The notes below the pieces were generated by a model. The model ran no database searches, was not told the DNA's origin, and worked only from the letters and a program-made list of their open reading frames with translations. A program made the position numbers and the translations under genes. Shown piece by piece: positions 9,522 through 19,622 of a stretch of DNA of 64,000 nucleotides (its first letter is position 1; every line of letters starts with the position of its first letter). Origin of the DNA: Candidatus Binatia bacterium (lineage in GTDB: Bacteria > Desulfobacterota > Binatia > HRBIN30); contig JBBRSP010000023.1 in assembly GCA_038245295.1 (NCBI GenBank), positions 23,957 to 87,956 on the forward strand, read 5' to 3'.

Positions 9522-11195
9522 ATGCTGTCGATGCGCAGGTGGAGCATGAGGTGGTTGGTATCGCTGGGGGCGCTGCTGCTCTGCGGCGGCGTGGCGACGG
9601 CGCAGGTTCGTACGCTTAGTGTTAATCCATCCGTGCGATCCGTCCCGGCCGGCGGTACCGGGAGTGTCGATCTGGTCGTCGATGATGCGAACAACCTTGT
9701 CGCCGCCGACATCGGGATCGTTTACGACGGCTCCCTCCTATCGGTGCAGCCGTCAGGGCCGACCACAGCGACGGGATGTTTCCTCACTGCCAATACGTTG
9801 CCCGACGGGAACATATGTCTGGCCTTGGCTTGTACAACCGCGCTGATGGGCACGAACGTGACTTTGGTGTCGATTCAATTCAGCAACATCACAGCGAATA
9901 TGGCGCCGGGGCCGGATGGCGCGATGGGGACGTCACCGGTAACCATCAGCGCTTCGGGATGCCACGGCAGTTCTCCGCCCGTGGGCGGATGTGTCCTCAA
10001 CGATAGCAATACCGCTGATGATAGCTGCCTGACCGTCGACGGCACGATCTTCGTCGGCGCGACGCCGACACCGACGCGAACGGCGACACGGACGCCGACC
10101 AACACGCCGACGCAGACGTCATCGCTGACGCCGACAATCACCCGCACGCCGACCAACACGCCGAGCTTGACGCCGACGCGGACGCCGACGCGCACGCCCA
10201 CCATCACGGTGACACCTAGCAATACGGCGACGCAGACGCCGACACGGACGGCGACAATTACACCGACCTTGAGTCCGACGCGCACGGCAACCAATACGCC
10301 AACCGATTCCCCGACGCAGACGCCGACGCGGACACCGACAAATTCGCCCACTCAATCGGCAACACTGACCCCGCCGATAACGAACACGCCGAGCGTCAGC
10401 CCCACGATGACTGACACTCCGACGATCACGGCTACACCAACGGACACACCGACCGCTACGCCGACCGGTTCACCGACGCAGACGCCGACACAAACAGGAA
10501 CGTCGACCGAGACGGCAACGCGAACACCGACACTGTCGCCAACGTCGACCCCCACGGGGACCGATACGGTATCGCCGACGAGCACGGCGACACAGACGCC
10601 GACGCGAACGCCGAGCAGCACGCCGACGATTACCGGCACCGCGACGGAGACGCCCACGATCACGCCCACCGGTTCACCGACACAGACGCCAACCCAAACA
10701 GGAACGTCGACAGAGACGGCAACGCGAACACCGACCCTGTCGGCTACAATAACCAGGACCCCAACCGAGACGGCGACGATGACTGCCACGCCCTCGGTAA
10801 CGAACACTCCGAGTCAGACGGCGACGCGAACCGCCAGCAACACACCAACCGCCACCGGTTCGCCTACCGAAACGCCGACACAATCGCCGACCCGCACGTC
10901 CACGGGGACGCGGACGCCGACAAGTACGGCAACGGTCACCGGAACGCCCACGATTACTCCACTGCCCTCGGCCACGCCGACTCTAGCGCCGCGCGAAGAC
11001 TCCGCCGGTGCTCAGGCCTGCCGCGATGGCTTCGACAACGACGGCGATGGATTGATCGATTGCGCCGACCCGGACTGCTTCGCGTCGAGCCTGTGCGGCA
11101 CCCCGGCTCCCGTGCTGTCGCCCCACCTGATAGTTGCTATGGCGGCGACGTTGGTGCTGGTCGGCTGGTTCGGATTGCGGCGCCGACAAGGGTAG
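9522..11195 (+). CDS. Cell-surface protein: cohesin-like domain, long Thr/Pro stalk, Ca-binding Cys motif, C-terminal sorting-like TM tail
   Basis: N-terminus paralogous to the 8152 ORF; ~310 aa of T/P/S repeats; [31 protein letters not shown] tail. Confidence 0.78.
   Translation: MLSMRRWSMRWLVSLGALLLCGGVATAQVRTLSVNPSVRSVPAGGTGSVDLVVDDANNLVAADIGIVYDGSLLSVQPSGPTTATGCFLTANTLPDGNICLALACTTALMGTNVTLVSIQFSNITANMAPGPDGAMGTSPVTISASGCHGSSPPVGGCVLNDSNTADDSCLTVDGTIFVGATPTPTRTATRTPTNTPTQTSSLTPTITRTPTNTPSLTPTRTPTRTPTITVTPSNTATQTPTRTATITPTLSPTRTATNTPTDSPTQTPTRTPTNSPTQSATLTPPITNTPSVSPTMTDTPTITATPTDTPTATPTGSPTQTPTQTGTSTETATRTPTLSPTSTPTGTDTVSPTSTATQTPTRTPSSTPTITGTATETPTITPTGSPTQTPTQTGTSTETATRTPTLSATITRTPTETATMTATPSVTNTPSQTATRTASNTPTATGSPTETPTQSPTRTSTGTRTPTSTATVTGTPTITPLPSATPTLAPREDSAGAQACRDGFDNDGDGLIDCADPDCFASSLCGTPAPVLSPHLIVAMAATLVLVGWFGLRRRQG
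10461..10742 (+). repeat. ~78-bp imperfect direct repeat inside the Thr/Pro stalk (10461-10538 and 10665-10742)
   Basis: Both copies encode [26 protein letters not shown]. Confidence 0.8.
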
Positions 11196-11205
11196 GTGAT
11201 TGAGA

Positions 11206-11236
11206 GCGAACCGCCCGCGTTTCGGGGGTGGTTCGC
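11206..11236. repeat. REP-like hairpin downstream of the surface protein gene
   Basis: GCGAACCGCCC...GGGGTGGTTCGC shares its core with the 44563 REP. Confidence 0.45.
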
Positions 11237-11318
11237 AAAGGGGCCTGCGCATCGCTCCGCGCCATTCCTTTCGGCGCAGGGGCCCAAGGGCTCAAGCCCG
11301 TCGCTAAGATGGGCGGTG

Positions 11319-12308
11319 TCACGGCGTTGGAATGGCGAGCTGTTGTCCAGGCGTGGCAGCTTGAAGCGGGTGCGTCCGCACTTCGAGCGGCGCGTGAAAC
11401 ATCGCCAGAATCTGATCTTCGTCGTGCGGTTGGTACGGGCGCGCCAAGACGATGGTCGACTGCAGGAGCTGATAGGAGCCCGAGTGCTTTAGCCGGATCA
11501 TGTCCTGCAACGTGAAGCCGGCGCTGGCGGACGCCGGTTGTGGCGATTCCGCCGCCGGACTCGCCCGCTGCACGAGACTGCCCCGCGTGATCCCCCAGGT
11601 CGTCCACTCGGGCGGCAGGATGAACACCTGCAGCAGCGATCCGGATGCGCCGCTGACAGCCCACCATTCGTGATCGCGGTGGGTGGCGATTGCCTCCTCA
11701 CCGCCGGAGTTGAGGAGCGTGCCGCGTGGGTTGGCGGCGTCCCAGTAACGCTGTGGCGCGCTGGTGTCGGAAAACTCAAAGACATTCTCGAAGCGAAAGT
11801 CGCGCAGCGCCTTGAGGGCCATCCACGGCACCGACATCTGCGTCGGCGTCGAGAACGAGCTGAAATAGTGGAGGGTGTAGACAGTGCCAGTCGGCAGGTC
11901 GGGGAAGAGTGGGCCGAGATCGACCGACAGGTGAACACGCCGCACCGAACGAACCCAGCCGTTCTTGATGCCATCGACGCGCACAATTGAGTTGCGCTCC
12001 GTAAACGCCAGTCGGATGTCGCCGAACAGCAGTGAAAAGGTCGGTTCGCCGAGCATCCGCGTCTGGCGTAGGAGGTTCTCGCTGTTGCCGGCCGCGGCGG
12101 GCGTAACTCTCAGGCCGGTGAGGAAGTTCAGCCCTTCGGCGTAGTCGACTTCATAGAGATCTGAGGTGGCGCGATTACGGGCCTGATCAAACGGACCTCG
12201 GCAGCCGCGGGTGGGGAGCCGATTGGCGTGCAGCAGCAAGAGCAAGCAGATGAGCAACGGTGGGCCGTTGGCCAAGCGCTGCCCCCGCGTATAGCCCCTA
12301 CCGACCAT
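11319..12308 (-). CDS. Hypothetical protein, possibly exported; start uncertain
   Basis: 329-aa ORF filling the gap; protein-like composition; hydrophobic stretch LLICLLLLL near the N-terminus. Confidence 0.55.
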   Translation of the reverse strand: MVGRGYTRGQRLANGPPLLICLLLLLHANRLPTRGCRGPFDQARNRATSDLYEVDYAEGLNFLTGLRVTPAAAGNSENLLRQTRMLGEPTFSLLFGDIRLAFTERNSIVRVDGIKNGWVRSVRRVHLSVDLGPLFPDLPTGTVYTLHYFSSFSTPTQMSVPWMALKALRDFRFENVFEFSDTSAPQRYWDAANPRGTLLNSGGEEAIATHRDHEWWAVSGASGSLLQVFILPPEWTTWGITRGSLVQRASPAAESPQPASASAGFTLQDMIRLKHSGSYQLLQSTIVLARPYQPHDEDQILAMFHAPLEVRTHPLQAATPGQQLAIPTP

Positions 12309-12538
12309 GAACAGCCTTTCGATTCGCGACGATCCCGGTCGGCCCCGCGGTGCCTACCCGTGGCGCCCGCGTGCGTGCGGACTGTTGCAGAATCCGCGAT
12401 GCCAGGAAACCGGCAATCGCCTCGGAGGCAAAAGGCTCCGCCATGGATGGTTGACAGAAGTGTTGCCATTCGTGGACAAGGCATTGTCACGACACGTCGC
12501 TGCCTGGGCGAGGTGAATCAATCGGATGCGAGGGTGAG

Positions 12539-13471
12539 ATGGAACTTCGAGCGCTCGGCAAAGATGTTTACGCGTGTCTGCAGGAAGATCGCGGTCTCGG
12601 CACCAGCAACTCCGGATTCATCAATCGCGGCGGCGGCATGGTCGTCGATACGTTCTGGGATCTACCGCACACGCGCTCCATGATTGAGCTCTACGCCGGG
12701 GTCTGGAAAGAACCAGCGCGGCGCGTTCTCAACACCCATCACAATGGCGACCACTGCTGGGGCAACCAACTGTTCCCGCAGGCTGAGATCGTCGGGCATC
12801 GCTTGTGCGCCGAGTTCTTCCGTAGCGAAGACCCAAAGGCGATGGAGAGTTTGCCGCTACTTGCCAGTCACCCCGATGCGTCGCTGGCGGCGATCGGCCG
12901 GGCGTTTGCCGGTTGGGATTTCCGTGGCATCGAGTTGCGGCCGCCGACCACGCTCATCGACGAGCAAATGGATTTTGATCTCGACGGTATTCTGGCGCGG
13001 GCCATCTACGTCGGCCCGGCGCATACGGCCGGCGATACCGTGGTGCACCTGCCCGAATCGGGGATCGTATTCATGGGGGACGTGCTGTTTCGCTTGTGCA
13101 CGCCGATTGGCTGGCAGGGGACGTATGCCAAGTGGATCGACGCCCTCAATCGCGTCGCCGCGTTGGCCCCGGCAGTGGTCGTACCGGGGCACGGACCAAT
13201 TTGCGGTGCAGAGGGCTTGATCGAGATGCGTGACTATCTCGCCTATGCACGCGCCGAAGCGAAGACGTTCTTCGATCGCGGCCTCAGCGCCATCGATGCG
13301 GCGAAGCGGATCGACATCGGCCCTTACGCCAACTGGACGCAACCGGAACGTGTCGTCTTCCAGATCGAACGCGCCTATCACGAATTCCGCGGCGAGCCGT
13401 TGGATACGCCGATCGAAGCAGCGGCGATGTTTCGGGCGATGGCGGAGGTGCGCCAGGAGCGCGGTTGGTAG
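12539..13471 (+). CDS. MBL-fold metallo-hydrolase (cyclase-like)
   Basis: THHNGDHCWGN, AHTAGD, GDVLF, VPGHG. Confidence 0.92.
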   Translation: MELRALGKDVYACLQEDRGLGTSNSGFINRGGGMVVDTFWDLPHTRSMIELYAGVWKEPARRVLNTHHNGDHCWGNQLFPQAEIVGHRLCAEFFRSEDPKAMESLPLLASHPDASLAAIGRAFAGWDFRGIELRPPTTLIDEQMDFDLDGILARAIYVGPAHTAGDTVVHLPESGIVFMGDVLFRLCTPIGWQGTYAKWIDALNRVAALAPAVVVPGHGPICGAEGLIEMRDYLAYARAEAKTFFDRGLSAIDAAKRIDIGPYANWTQPERVVFQIERAYHEFRGEPLDTPIEAAAMFRAMAEVRQERGW

Positions 13472-13475
13472 AGGC

Positions 13476-13515
13476 CATGTGACCCACAGGACGTATCGTT
13501 CCTATGGGTCACATG
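13476..13515. terminator. Long hairpin between convergent genes (putative bidirectional terminator)
   Basis: CATGTGACCCACAGGA-N8-TCCTATGGGTCACATG; no clear U-tract. Confidence 0.55.
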
Positions 13516-13521
13516 ACTCGA

Positions 13522-14646
13522 CTACTTCGAGCGACGCGGCATCTCGGCTTCGGCAATCGCCGTCGCCGTGATCTCCTCACGATGGTTCACGCACTCAACA
13601 TGAAAGCCGACGTAGCTGCGCCCATTGCGCTCTGACTTCTCGGTCACCTTGCCGCGTACCCATGTGACATCGCCCATGTAATTGAACTTCAGATAGCGCG
13701 CCTCGATCTTGTTGATGAAGGCATTGTCGCCGATCCATTGGGTGACGCCCTGGATCAGCCACGAGCAGCGCTCCGGTCCGAGGTCGTAGGCGCCCGGCAG
13801 GCCGAGGAGGTTCTTGGTGAAGGCGTTGTCCCAGTGCACGCGTTGCGGTGGTTCGGGAATGCCTTGCTCGTTGGGGATCATCAGTGCCGGGTGTTTGGCG
13901 TAGAGGTTGGCGGCGACCTTGTTGCCGACCAGGTAGATGCCGAAGTACGACTCGAAGGCGATTTCGGCCGTCGGCGTCAGCGGTCCCTTGATCAGTTGGT
14001 GCAGCTCGTCGCCGACCTTGACGTCTTCCCAGTAGCGTTCGGCCGTGCGCTTCTCGTTGGCGTACTCTTCCATGAAGCGATCGATGTCGGGCTTGGTCCA
14101 TTTTGCCAGCTCGATCTCGCCGTACTTCTTCTTCTCGGCCGCTTTGGCCCGCTCGATGCGCATCCACGTGTCGTTGCGTACGCCGAGATAGTTGTTGTCC
14201 TGGTCGTAGTACTTCGCTTCGTAGGTTTGATAGACGGTGCGGCCGCCGCCCATCGTACTTTCCTTCTCGCGAATTTCCTTGAGGTACGACTCGGAGCGAA
14301 TCTTGTCGCCGAGCAGGGGCGGGCGCTCCCATTCATAGTACGACCCGCTCCAGATCGAATGGACGCCGGGCAGTCCTTCCGGCAATCCCGAGTGGCCGAC
14401 GGCACGCAGCGTATCCATGGTCTGGACGATGATCGGCGGTGCAGTCAGCGTACCCCAGCGGGATTTCTTGGCATGCTCCTCATCGAGAAACATCGGATTG
14501 AGATCACCGATGGCGAGGGCGAGATGATAGATGGCGTCGCGTGTGACTTCGGTGCGCCACGGGCGTCGGCCTTCGAATCCTTTGCCGACGCGCGATCGGA
14601 TGCGCGCCAATCCCTCTTCTGTGATCTTTCCTGGCGTATCGGCCAT
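13522..14646 (-). CDS. Double hot-dog (MaoC-like) acyl dehydratase
   Basis: AIGDLNP..DEEHA..SRWG..APP, YWEDVKVGDEL, VHWD, FNYMGD; RBS GGAG before ATG 14646. Confidence 0.85.
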   Translation of the reverse strand: MADTPGKITEEGLARIRSRVGKGFEGRRPWRTEVTRDAIYHLALAIGDLNPMFLDEEHAKKSRWGTLTAPPIIVQTMDTLRAVGHSGLPEGLPGVHSIWSGSYYEWERPPLLGDKIRSESYLKEIREKESTMGGGRTVYQTYEAKYYDQDNNYLGVRNDTWMRIERAKAAEKKKYGEIELAKWTKPDIDRFMEEYANEKRTAERYWEDVKVGDELHQLIKGPLTPTAEIAFESYFGIYLVGNKVAANLYAKHPALMIPNEQGIPEPPQRVHWDNAFTKNLLGLPGAYDLGPERCSWLIQGVTQWIGDNAFINKIEARYLKFNYMGDVTWVRGKVTEKSERNGRSYVGFHVECVNHREEITATAIAEAEMPRRSK

Positions 14647-14671
14647 GACGTGAATCTCCTTTGTCTGATCT

Positions 14672-15367
14672 TCAGGACGTCTTGCGCCGTTCATTGGCGC
14701 GTTTCTGTGGCCCGATCAGGCGGTAGATCGCCTTCTCGAGAAAGTCGCGTTGCAAGGCGAGAGCGCGGTCCGAGAGCGGATCGAGACCGGGTGCGATGGT
14801 GCGCAACGCGGCCGTATTGGTGAAGTAGGCGAAGACGAGACCAAAGAGTCCGAGGGCGAGATGCGGCAATTCCTCAGGATCCCAGCCGGCGCCATCGGCG
14901 GTGGCACTCAAGACCTGAAAGCCCTCGCGATAGAGGGGCTCCATCCGGCGTTCGATCCACTGCTTGGCGCGGTCGCTCTCCGACATCAGTAACCGCTGCA
15001 TCAGCCGCGCCAGATGCGGGTGATGGGCGAGGTGGGCGACCATGCTGTCGACGGTGTCGTGGATACGATCCGGATTCTGGGCGCCCGCCTGCCAAGCCTC
15101 GCCGATGAGTTGCACGATCGGCATCAGTCCACGTTCGAGCACGGCGTCATAGAGTGCGAGTTTTGATGGGAAGTGATTGTACAAACTAGGCGCCGTCAGG
15201 TTCATCTCACGCGCCAGATCACGCACCGCCACGCCGTGTACCCCGTGCAGGGCAAAGAGACGCTCGGCGGTATCGAGGATCACCTCGCGCGTCGGCGCCG
15301 GGGCCACGGCTTGCGACGAGGCCCCGCGCTTGCGGCGCGGCGACGGCGAAACAACTTGAAGAGGCAC
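14672..15367 (-). CDS. TetR/AcrR family transcriptional regulator
   Basis: ILDTAERLFA..G....V..LA......PSLYNHFPSK helix-turn-helix. Confidence 0.92.
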   Translation of the reverse strand: MPLQVVSPSPRRKRGASSQAVAPAPTREVILDTAERLFALHGVHGVAVRDLAREMNLTAPSLYNHFPSKLALYDAVLERGLMPIVQLIGEAWQAGAQNPDRIHDTVDSMVAHLAHHPHLARLMQRLLMSESDRAKQWIERRMEPLYREGFQVLSATADGAGWDPEELPHLALGLFGLVFAYFTNTAALRTIAPGLDPLSDRALALQRDFLEKAIYRLIGPQKRANERRKTS

Positions 15368-15374
15368 GCCGCGT

Positions 15375-15402
15375 GACTACTGAACAAACGTTCGTTCGTC
15401 AA
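15375..15402 (-). promoter_or_regulatory. Putative sigma70 promoter of tetR with a palindromic operator in the spacer
   Basis: Minus strand TTGACG-N17-TAGTCA; palindrome GAACAAACGTTCGTTC at 15382-15397. Confidence 0.6.
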
Positions 15403-15451
15403 GCCGAGGTGGCGTCGGGGGTGGTGTCAGCGTGGGCCGAGAGTACGGTTC

Positions 15452-16450
15452 CTACGACAGAAAGTTCCACTTCGCCATCGTCCACAAGTCGCGCGGGTTA
15501 TCGCCGAGTTTGCGCACGGCCGAAGCTTCGAAGCCGGAGTGCATCAAGCAATTCTGGCAGGCGGGGTCCTGGCGGCTTTCCCAGTAGTTCCAGTCGACGC
15601 CGTTCCAGTACTCGTCCCACGTCTTGTAGTAGCCGCCCTCGATCAAATAGCAGGGCCCCTTCCAGCCCTTCGGCGTACGTGTCGGATTACCCCACGGCGT
15701 GCACGGGTAGTCGCGTTGCCCGGCCGCAAATTCCAGGAACAGCGGCGTCGAATACAGACGATACCGCTTCGAGAGCTCGAGCACCTCGCTGAACTTCTTG
15801 TGGATCTCTTCTTTGAACAGGAAGTGATTCTGTTTGATTTTCTCGTAATGGTAGCCCGGCGATAGCAGGATCCCATCGACGCCGATCTCGGTGAGGAAGG
15901 CGCACATCTCGTCGATCTCGCTCATCGCTGTTTCGCGGTAGACCGTTGTATTGGTGCACACGGCGAAGCCGAGGCGCTTGCCTTCCTTGATCATCTCGAT
16001 CGCCTTGTCGAAGACACCGGCACGATCGACGACGAAGTCGTGGGTCTGCTTCATACCGTCGAGGTGCACGTTGATCGACAGCCGCTTGTGCGGCTTCACC
16101 TTCTTGTAGAAGCGATCGAGCAGAATACCATTGGTGCAGAGATAGATGTGACGTTTGCGTTCGATGATGCCTTGGACCAACTCCGGTAGCTCCGGGTAAA
16201 TCGTCGGCTCACCGCCGCAAATCGACACCACCGGGGTTCCCGCTTCATCGACTGCCTGCAGCGACTCCTCCAGCGAGAGCCGATCCTTCAGGTCGCCGTT
16301 GTAACGTTCGGGCGAGCAGCCAAGGCAGGCGAGGTTGCAGGTGTGCAAAGGCTCGAGCATCAAGACGTACGGGTAACGGTCCCGTCCGAGGCGGCGATTC
16401 TTTAGCTGCCACTTCATCATGTCGGTCGTGATGTGCATCGGGAATCGCAT
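15452..16450 (-). CDS. hpnH: Adenosylhopane synthase, radical SAM
   Basis: VLMLEPLHTCNLACLGC (CX3CX2C), GGEP, CTPWGNPT, CQNCLMHSGFE; hopanoid operon context. Confidence 0.92.
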   Translation of the reverse strand: MRFPMHITTDMMKWQLKNRRLGRDRYPYVLMLEPLHTCNLACLGCSPERYNGDLKDRLSLEESLQAVDEAGTPVVSICGGEPTIYPELPELVQGIIERKRHIYLCTNGILLDRFYKKVKPHKRLSINVHLDGMKQTHDFVVDRAGVFDKAIEMIKEGKRLGFAVCTNTTVYRETAMSEIDEMCAFLTEIGVDGILLSPGYHYEKIKQNHFLFKEEIHKKFSEVLELSKRYRLYSTPLFLEFAAGQRDYPCTPWGNPTRTPKGWKGPCYLIEGGYYKTWDEYWNGVDWNYWESRQDPACQNCLMHSGFEASAVRKLGDNPRDLWTMAKWNFLS

Positions 16451-17895
16451 CAGATTGCTCCCAGGGAGGCTTCGAGATTTGGCTCGAAGGCTGAACGGCC
16501 ACGTGTCTGCGCCGCCGTCAAGGGTTGACGTACGGACTGCCGAGTAACGAATTGCTCTGCCAGCCGCGCCGCCAGCCGTCCACTAACGACGGCGCTCTCG
16601 ATCGTCGCCGGTAGGCCGGTCTGGATCCAGTCGCCGGCGAGAAACAAGTTGGCGACCGGTGTTGCCACGGCCGGACGCCAGCGCTCGGCCGCAGGCGTGG
16701 TGGCGATGGTTGCCGACTTTTCCTTGACGACCACCGTTCGGCGAACGATGGCCTCGCGCGCCCGTGGCACCAGGGCCCGAATGTCGGTCACGACGGTCTC
16801 TGAGATCTCCTGCAAGCTGCGGTCTACGACGTCACGCCCGGCGCTGATGACGGCACTCAGGCACTCGCCGCTTCCATGGCCAGGGCTAGCCATCAGCCGC
16901 GTGCGGTTGAACAACCATTGCGTCGTCGTGCCGACGCATCCCGTGAAGTCGGCATCGAGGACCGGTCGATCGAACCATACATGAGTCGAGACGATTGGTG
17001 ACGACTCGAGGAGCCGCAGCAGGTTGAACGGCGAGCCCTGCCGCAGTTCGTCCGGCAGCAATGCCAGCAGCGGTGCCGGCGGTGTGGCAACGATACACGC
17101 ATCGAAGGCCAGCCGTTGACCGTCGCGCAAGCGAGCTCCAACGACCTGGCCATCGGCGAAATCAAGAGATGCGACAGCGCTGCTCGTTAACACCCGGCCG
17201 CCGTTTTGTTCGATGCAGCGGCGTGCATCACCGGTGTAGAGCTCGCTCAAGCCGACGTTCGGCAGAACGAACTGAGACTCTGAACGCGCTCCGAGGAAGG
17301 CCCGCGCCAAAACCTCGACGAACGGTGCAGCGGCAGCTCGTGTCGGCATCTCGTTGAGGGTGGCGATCGCCACCGGGTTCCAAAAGCAGTTGCGCGTATT
17401 GACGGGCTGGCCGCAGGCGATGAGTATTTCGCTGACGGTCATTGATGTCAGCCGCGCATCGCGCTGTCGTCGCCACAGCAGCAGCCGCAAGCCGCCGAGT
17501 AGAGCGCGGTAACGCTCCGACGTAGATAGGAGACGATAACGCAGCACGCCGCTCAGCATATGGAGGGGACCGGGCAGCGTCGCCGCGGCAATCGTCCCGC
17601 GTCGACCATCCCGGTGGCGCATGTCGACGCGCAAGTTTTGCTGCCGCGTCACCTTGTGGCTTGCACCGATCTGCTCGAGGAAGGCGAGGGTCTCGGTGTA
17701 GCAACCCATCATGGCGTGCTGGCCATTGTCGACGAGCTCGCCGCTCACGTCGTCGACAAAGGAATAGGCGCGTCCGCCCAACCTCGGACGACCTTCGAGT
17801 AAGGTGACGGAGAGCTTTCGCGTCGCCAGCTCGACGGCGGCGGCCAGTCCGGCGATTCCGCCGCCGATCACCACGGTGTGCCGTGGGCTGAGCAT
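16450..17895 (-). CDS. hpnE: Hydroxysqualene dehydroxylase
   Basis: GGGIAGL FAD motif, LGGRAYSF, DNGQH, GDW..TGLPATIESAV.SG; TAATG/TGATG coupling. Confidence 0.93.
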   Translation of the reverse strand: MLSPRHTVVIGGGIAGLAAAVELATRKLSVTLLEGRPRLGGRAYSFVDDVSGELVDNGQHAMMGCYTETLAFLEQIGASHKVTRQQNLRVDMRHRDGRRGTIAAATLPGPLHMLSGVLRYRLLSTSERYRALLGGLRLLLWRRQRDARLTSMTVSEILIACGQPVNTRNCFWNPVAIATLNEMPTRAAAAPFVEVLARAFLGARSESQFVLPNVGLSELYTGDARRCIEQNGGRVLTSSAVASLDFADGQVVGARLRDGQRLAFDACIVATPPAPLLALLPDELRQGSPFNLLRLLESSPIVSTHVWFDRPVLDADFTGCVGTTTQWLFNRTRLMASPGHGSGECLSAVISAGRDVVDRSLQEISETVVTDIRALVPRAREAIVRRTVVVKEKSATIATTPAAERWRPAVATPVANLFLAGDWIQTGLPATIESAVVSGRLAARLAEQFVTRQSVRQPLTAAQTRGRSAFEPNLEASLGAI

Positions 17896-19622
17896 TATGA
17901 GGCCCTCACGGGGAGCTGTGCACGTCCCCATGCCGTCAGAGCCAGGGTCAATTTTTCATAAGCGGAGAGCGTGATGCGCCCTTCGAAGACGTCGAAATGG
18001 CGAGCCTCGATGCGATCGAGGAGGCGCTCGTAGATCGACCGCATCGCCTCGGCGGGGGCCAGCGACAGACGGTCTTGCGGCGCCAGGGCGCCGGCGGCTC
18101 GCAAATAGTAGGCGCGTGCGCGGCCGCATTCGAAGGCCATGAGAGCGCCGACGTTGTTGGAGTACTGGCCGCTCATGAGAACAGCTTCGCTGCAGTCGAA
18201 GCGCCGCAGGTCCTCGAGTGGCAGGTAGATTCGGCCACGCCGTGCGTCCTCTTCGACGTCGCGCAAGATGTTCGTCAGCTGAAACGCGATGCCGAGGTCG
18301 ACGGCGAACTGCCGCGCGCTGTCGGTGCGATGCCCGAAGATAGCGATACACAAGAGGCCGACCGTCGATGCGACGAGGTAACAATATTCGTAGAGAGCAT
18401 CGAAGGTATCGTAACGCCGGTGACTGAGATCCATCTCGACGCCGCGGATCAGGTCGAGGAAGTGCTGGCGTTCGAGCGGAAAGCGCCGGGCGGCGTCGGC
18501 AAGGGCAACACCGATCGGATGGGTTGGCCTGCCGTCGAAGGCGGCGTGTAGCTCGTCGCGCCAACGTTGCAACATCTGGGATGGGTCGCGCCGAGTGTCG
18601 TCGTCGGCGATGTCGTCGATGAACCGACAGAAGGCATAGACGGCGAACAGGGCTTGTCGGCGCGGTAGCGGCAAAAGGCGGAAGGCGTAATAGAAGTTGC
18701 TGGAGCTGCGCCGGGTGATCTCCTGGCAGCGCTGGTAGGCCGCGGTGAGATCCGGGCTCATCACGCTGCGCATCGAGGTCAGTGATGCGGCTACGACCCG
18801 CACCTTGTCGCTGATCGACAACCGCGGTCTGGCCTGAGCCACCTCGACGCTCTGGCTGGCGATACGTTCGAGGATCGCCAAGCCGCCACTGACGAATAAA
18901 CGCAGTTCACGTGCCAGGTCCTTCTCGACGCTATCCGCGAGTGCTGACCCGGCGTGGAGCAGCTGTCGGGCTCTTTCGACCTCGAAGCAAATCAAGCGTG
19001 TTAGAGGTGGGCTCGGCTCGTGGTGCAGGATCTCGTCGGCACTGCAGTCGAAGCGCTGTAAGTCTTCGAGGGGCAGATAGACACGGCCTTTCGCCGCATC
19101 GATGGAAATGTCTTGCCAGAAGTTTGCGAGCTGCAGGCCGCTACAGATCTGGTCGGCGAGATGTTGGCGGTGCGCATCATGGTAGCCGAAGAGGTAGAGA
19201 ACCAGTTGGCCAACCGGGTCGGCGGAGTCGTGGCAGTAGGCAAGCAGATCGTCATACGTGGCAAACGGTCGGAATCGCACATCGCTGCGGAATGCGCTGA
19301 GTAAGCGGCGGAACGGATCGGCTGGAATCGCGAAGTGCTGAATCGTCTGCTGCAGGGCGACGAAGACCGGTTCGTTCGGCACGCCCCCGTAGCAGCGTTC
19401 GAGCTCCGCCTCCCATGCCGCAAGCTTGGCGAGACGTTCGTCTGCGGAGTCGCTCCCTTCGTCGGCCAGATCGTCGGCGTGGCGTGCGAACGCGTAGATC
19501 GCCGCGATGTGACGCTGCATGGATCGCGGCAGAAACCACGAGCCGACGACGAAGTTCTCGTAATGTCCATGAGCAATGTTCAAACAATGCCGATAGGCGG
19601 CTTCGACCGTTTCACTGGCCAT
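17895..19622 (-). CDS. hpnCD: Fused hydroxysqualene synthase HpnC / presqualene diphosphate synthase HpnD
   Basis: N-half HYENF, DDLADE, LQLANFWQD; C-half SNFYYAF, DDIAD, FQLTNILRD; single 575-aa frame. Confidence 0.88.
   Translation of the reverse strand: MASETVEAAYRHCLNIAHGHYENFVVGSWFLPRSMQRHIAAIYAFARHADDLADEGSDSADERLAKLAAWEAELERCYGGVPNEPVFVALQQTIQHFAIPADPFRRLLSAFRSDVRFRPFATYDDLLAYCHDSADPVGQLVLYLFGYHDAHRQHLADQICSGLQLANFWQDISIDAAKGRVYLPLEDLQRFDCSADEILHHEPSPPLTRLICFEVERARQLLHAGSALADSVEKDLARELRLFVSGGLAILERIASQSVEVAQARPRLSISDKVRVVAASLTSMRSVMSPDLTAAYQRCQEITRRSSSNFYYAFRLLPLPRRQALFAVYAFCRFIDDIADDDTRRDPSQMLQRWRDELHAAFDGRPTHPIGVALADAARRFPLERQHFLDLIRGVEMDLSHRRYDTFDALYEYCYLVASTVGLLCIAIFGHRTDSARQFAVDLGIAFQLTNILRDVEEDARRGRIYLPLEDLRRFDCSEAVLMSGQYSNNVGALMAFECGRARAYYLRAAGALAPQDRLSLAPAEAMRSIYERLLDRIEARHFDVFEGRITLSAYEKLTLALTAWGRAQLPVRAS

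Noticed and set aside
10057..10990. CRISPR-like or non-coding tandem repeat (also 50485-50895)
   Set aside because: The repeats are in-frame Thr/Pro codons with synonymous variation. There is no constant repeat-spacer structure and no cas gene.
13738..14823. Long antisense or alternate-frame ORFs (e.g. 13738+, 991-, 5765-, 37216+, 42758-, 60638-)
   Set aside because: These are shadow ORFs typical of high-GC DNA, lying opposite well-supported genes and carrying no motifs.
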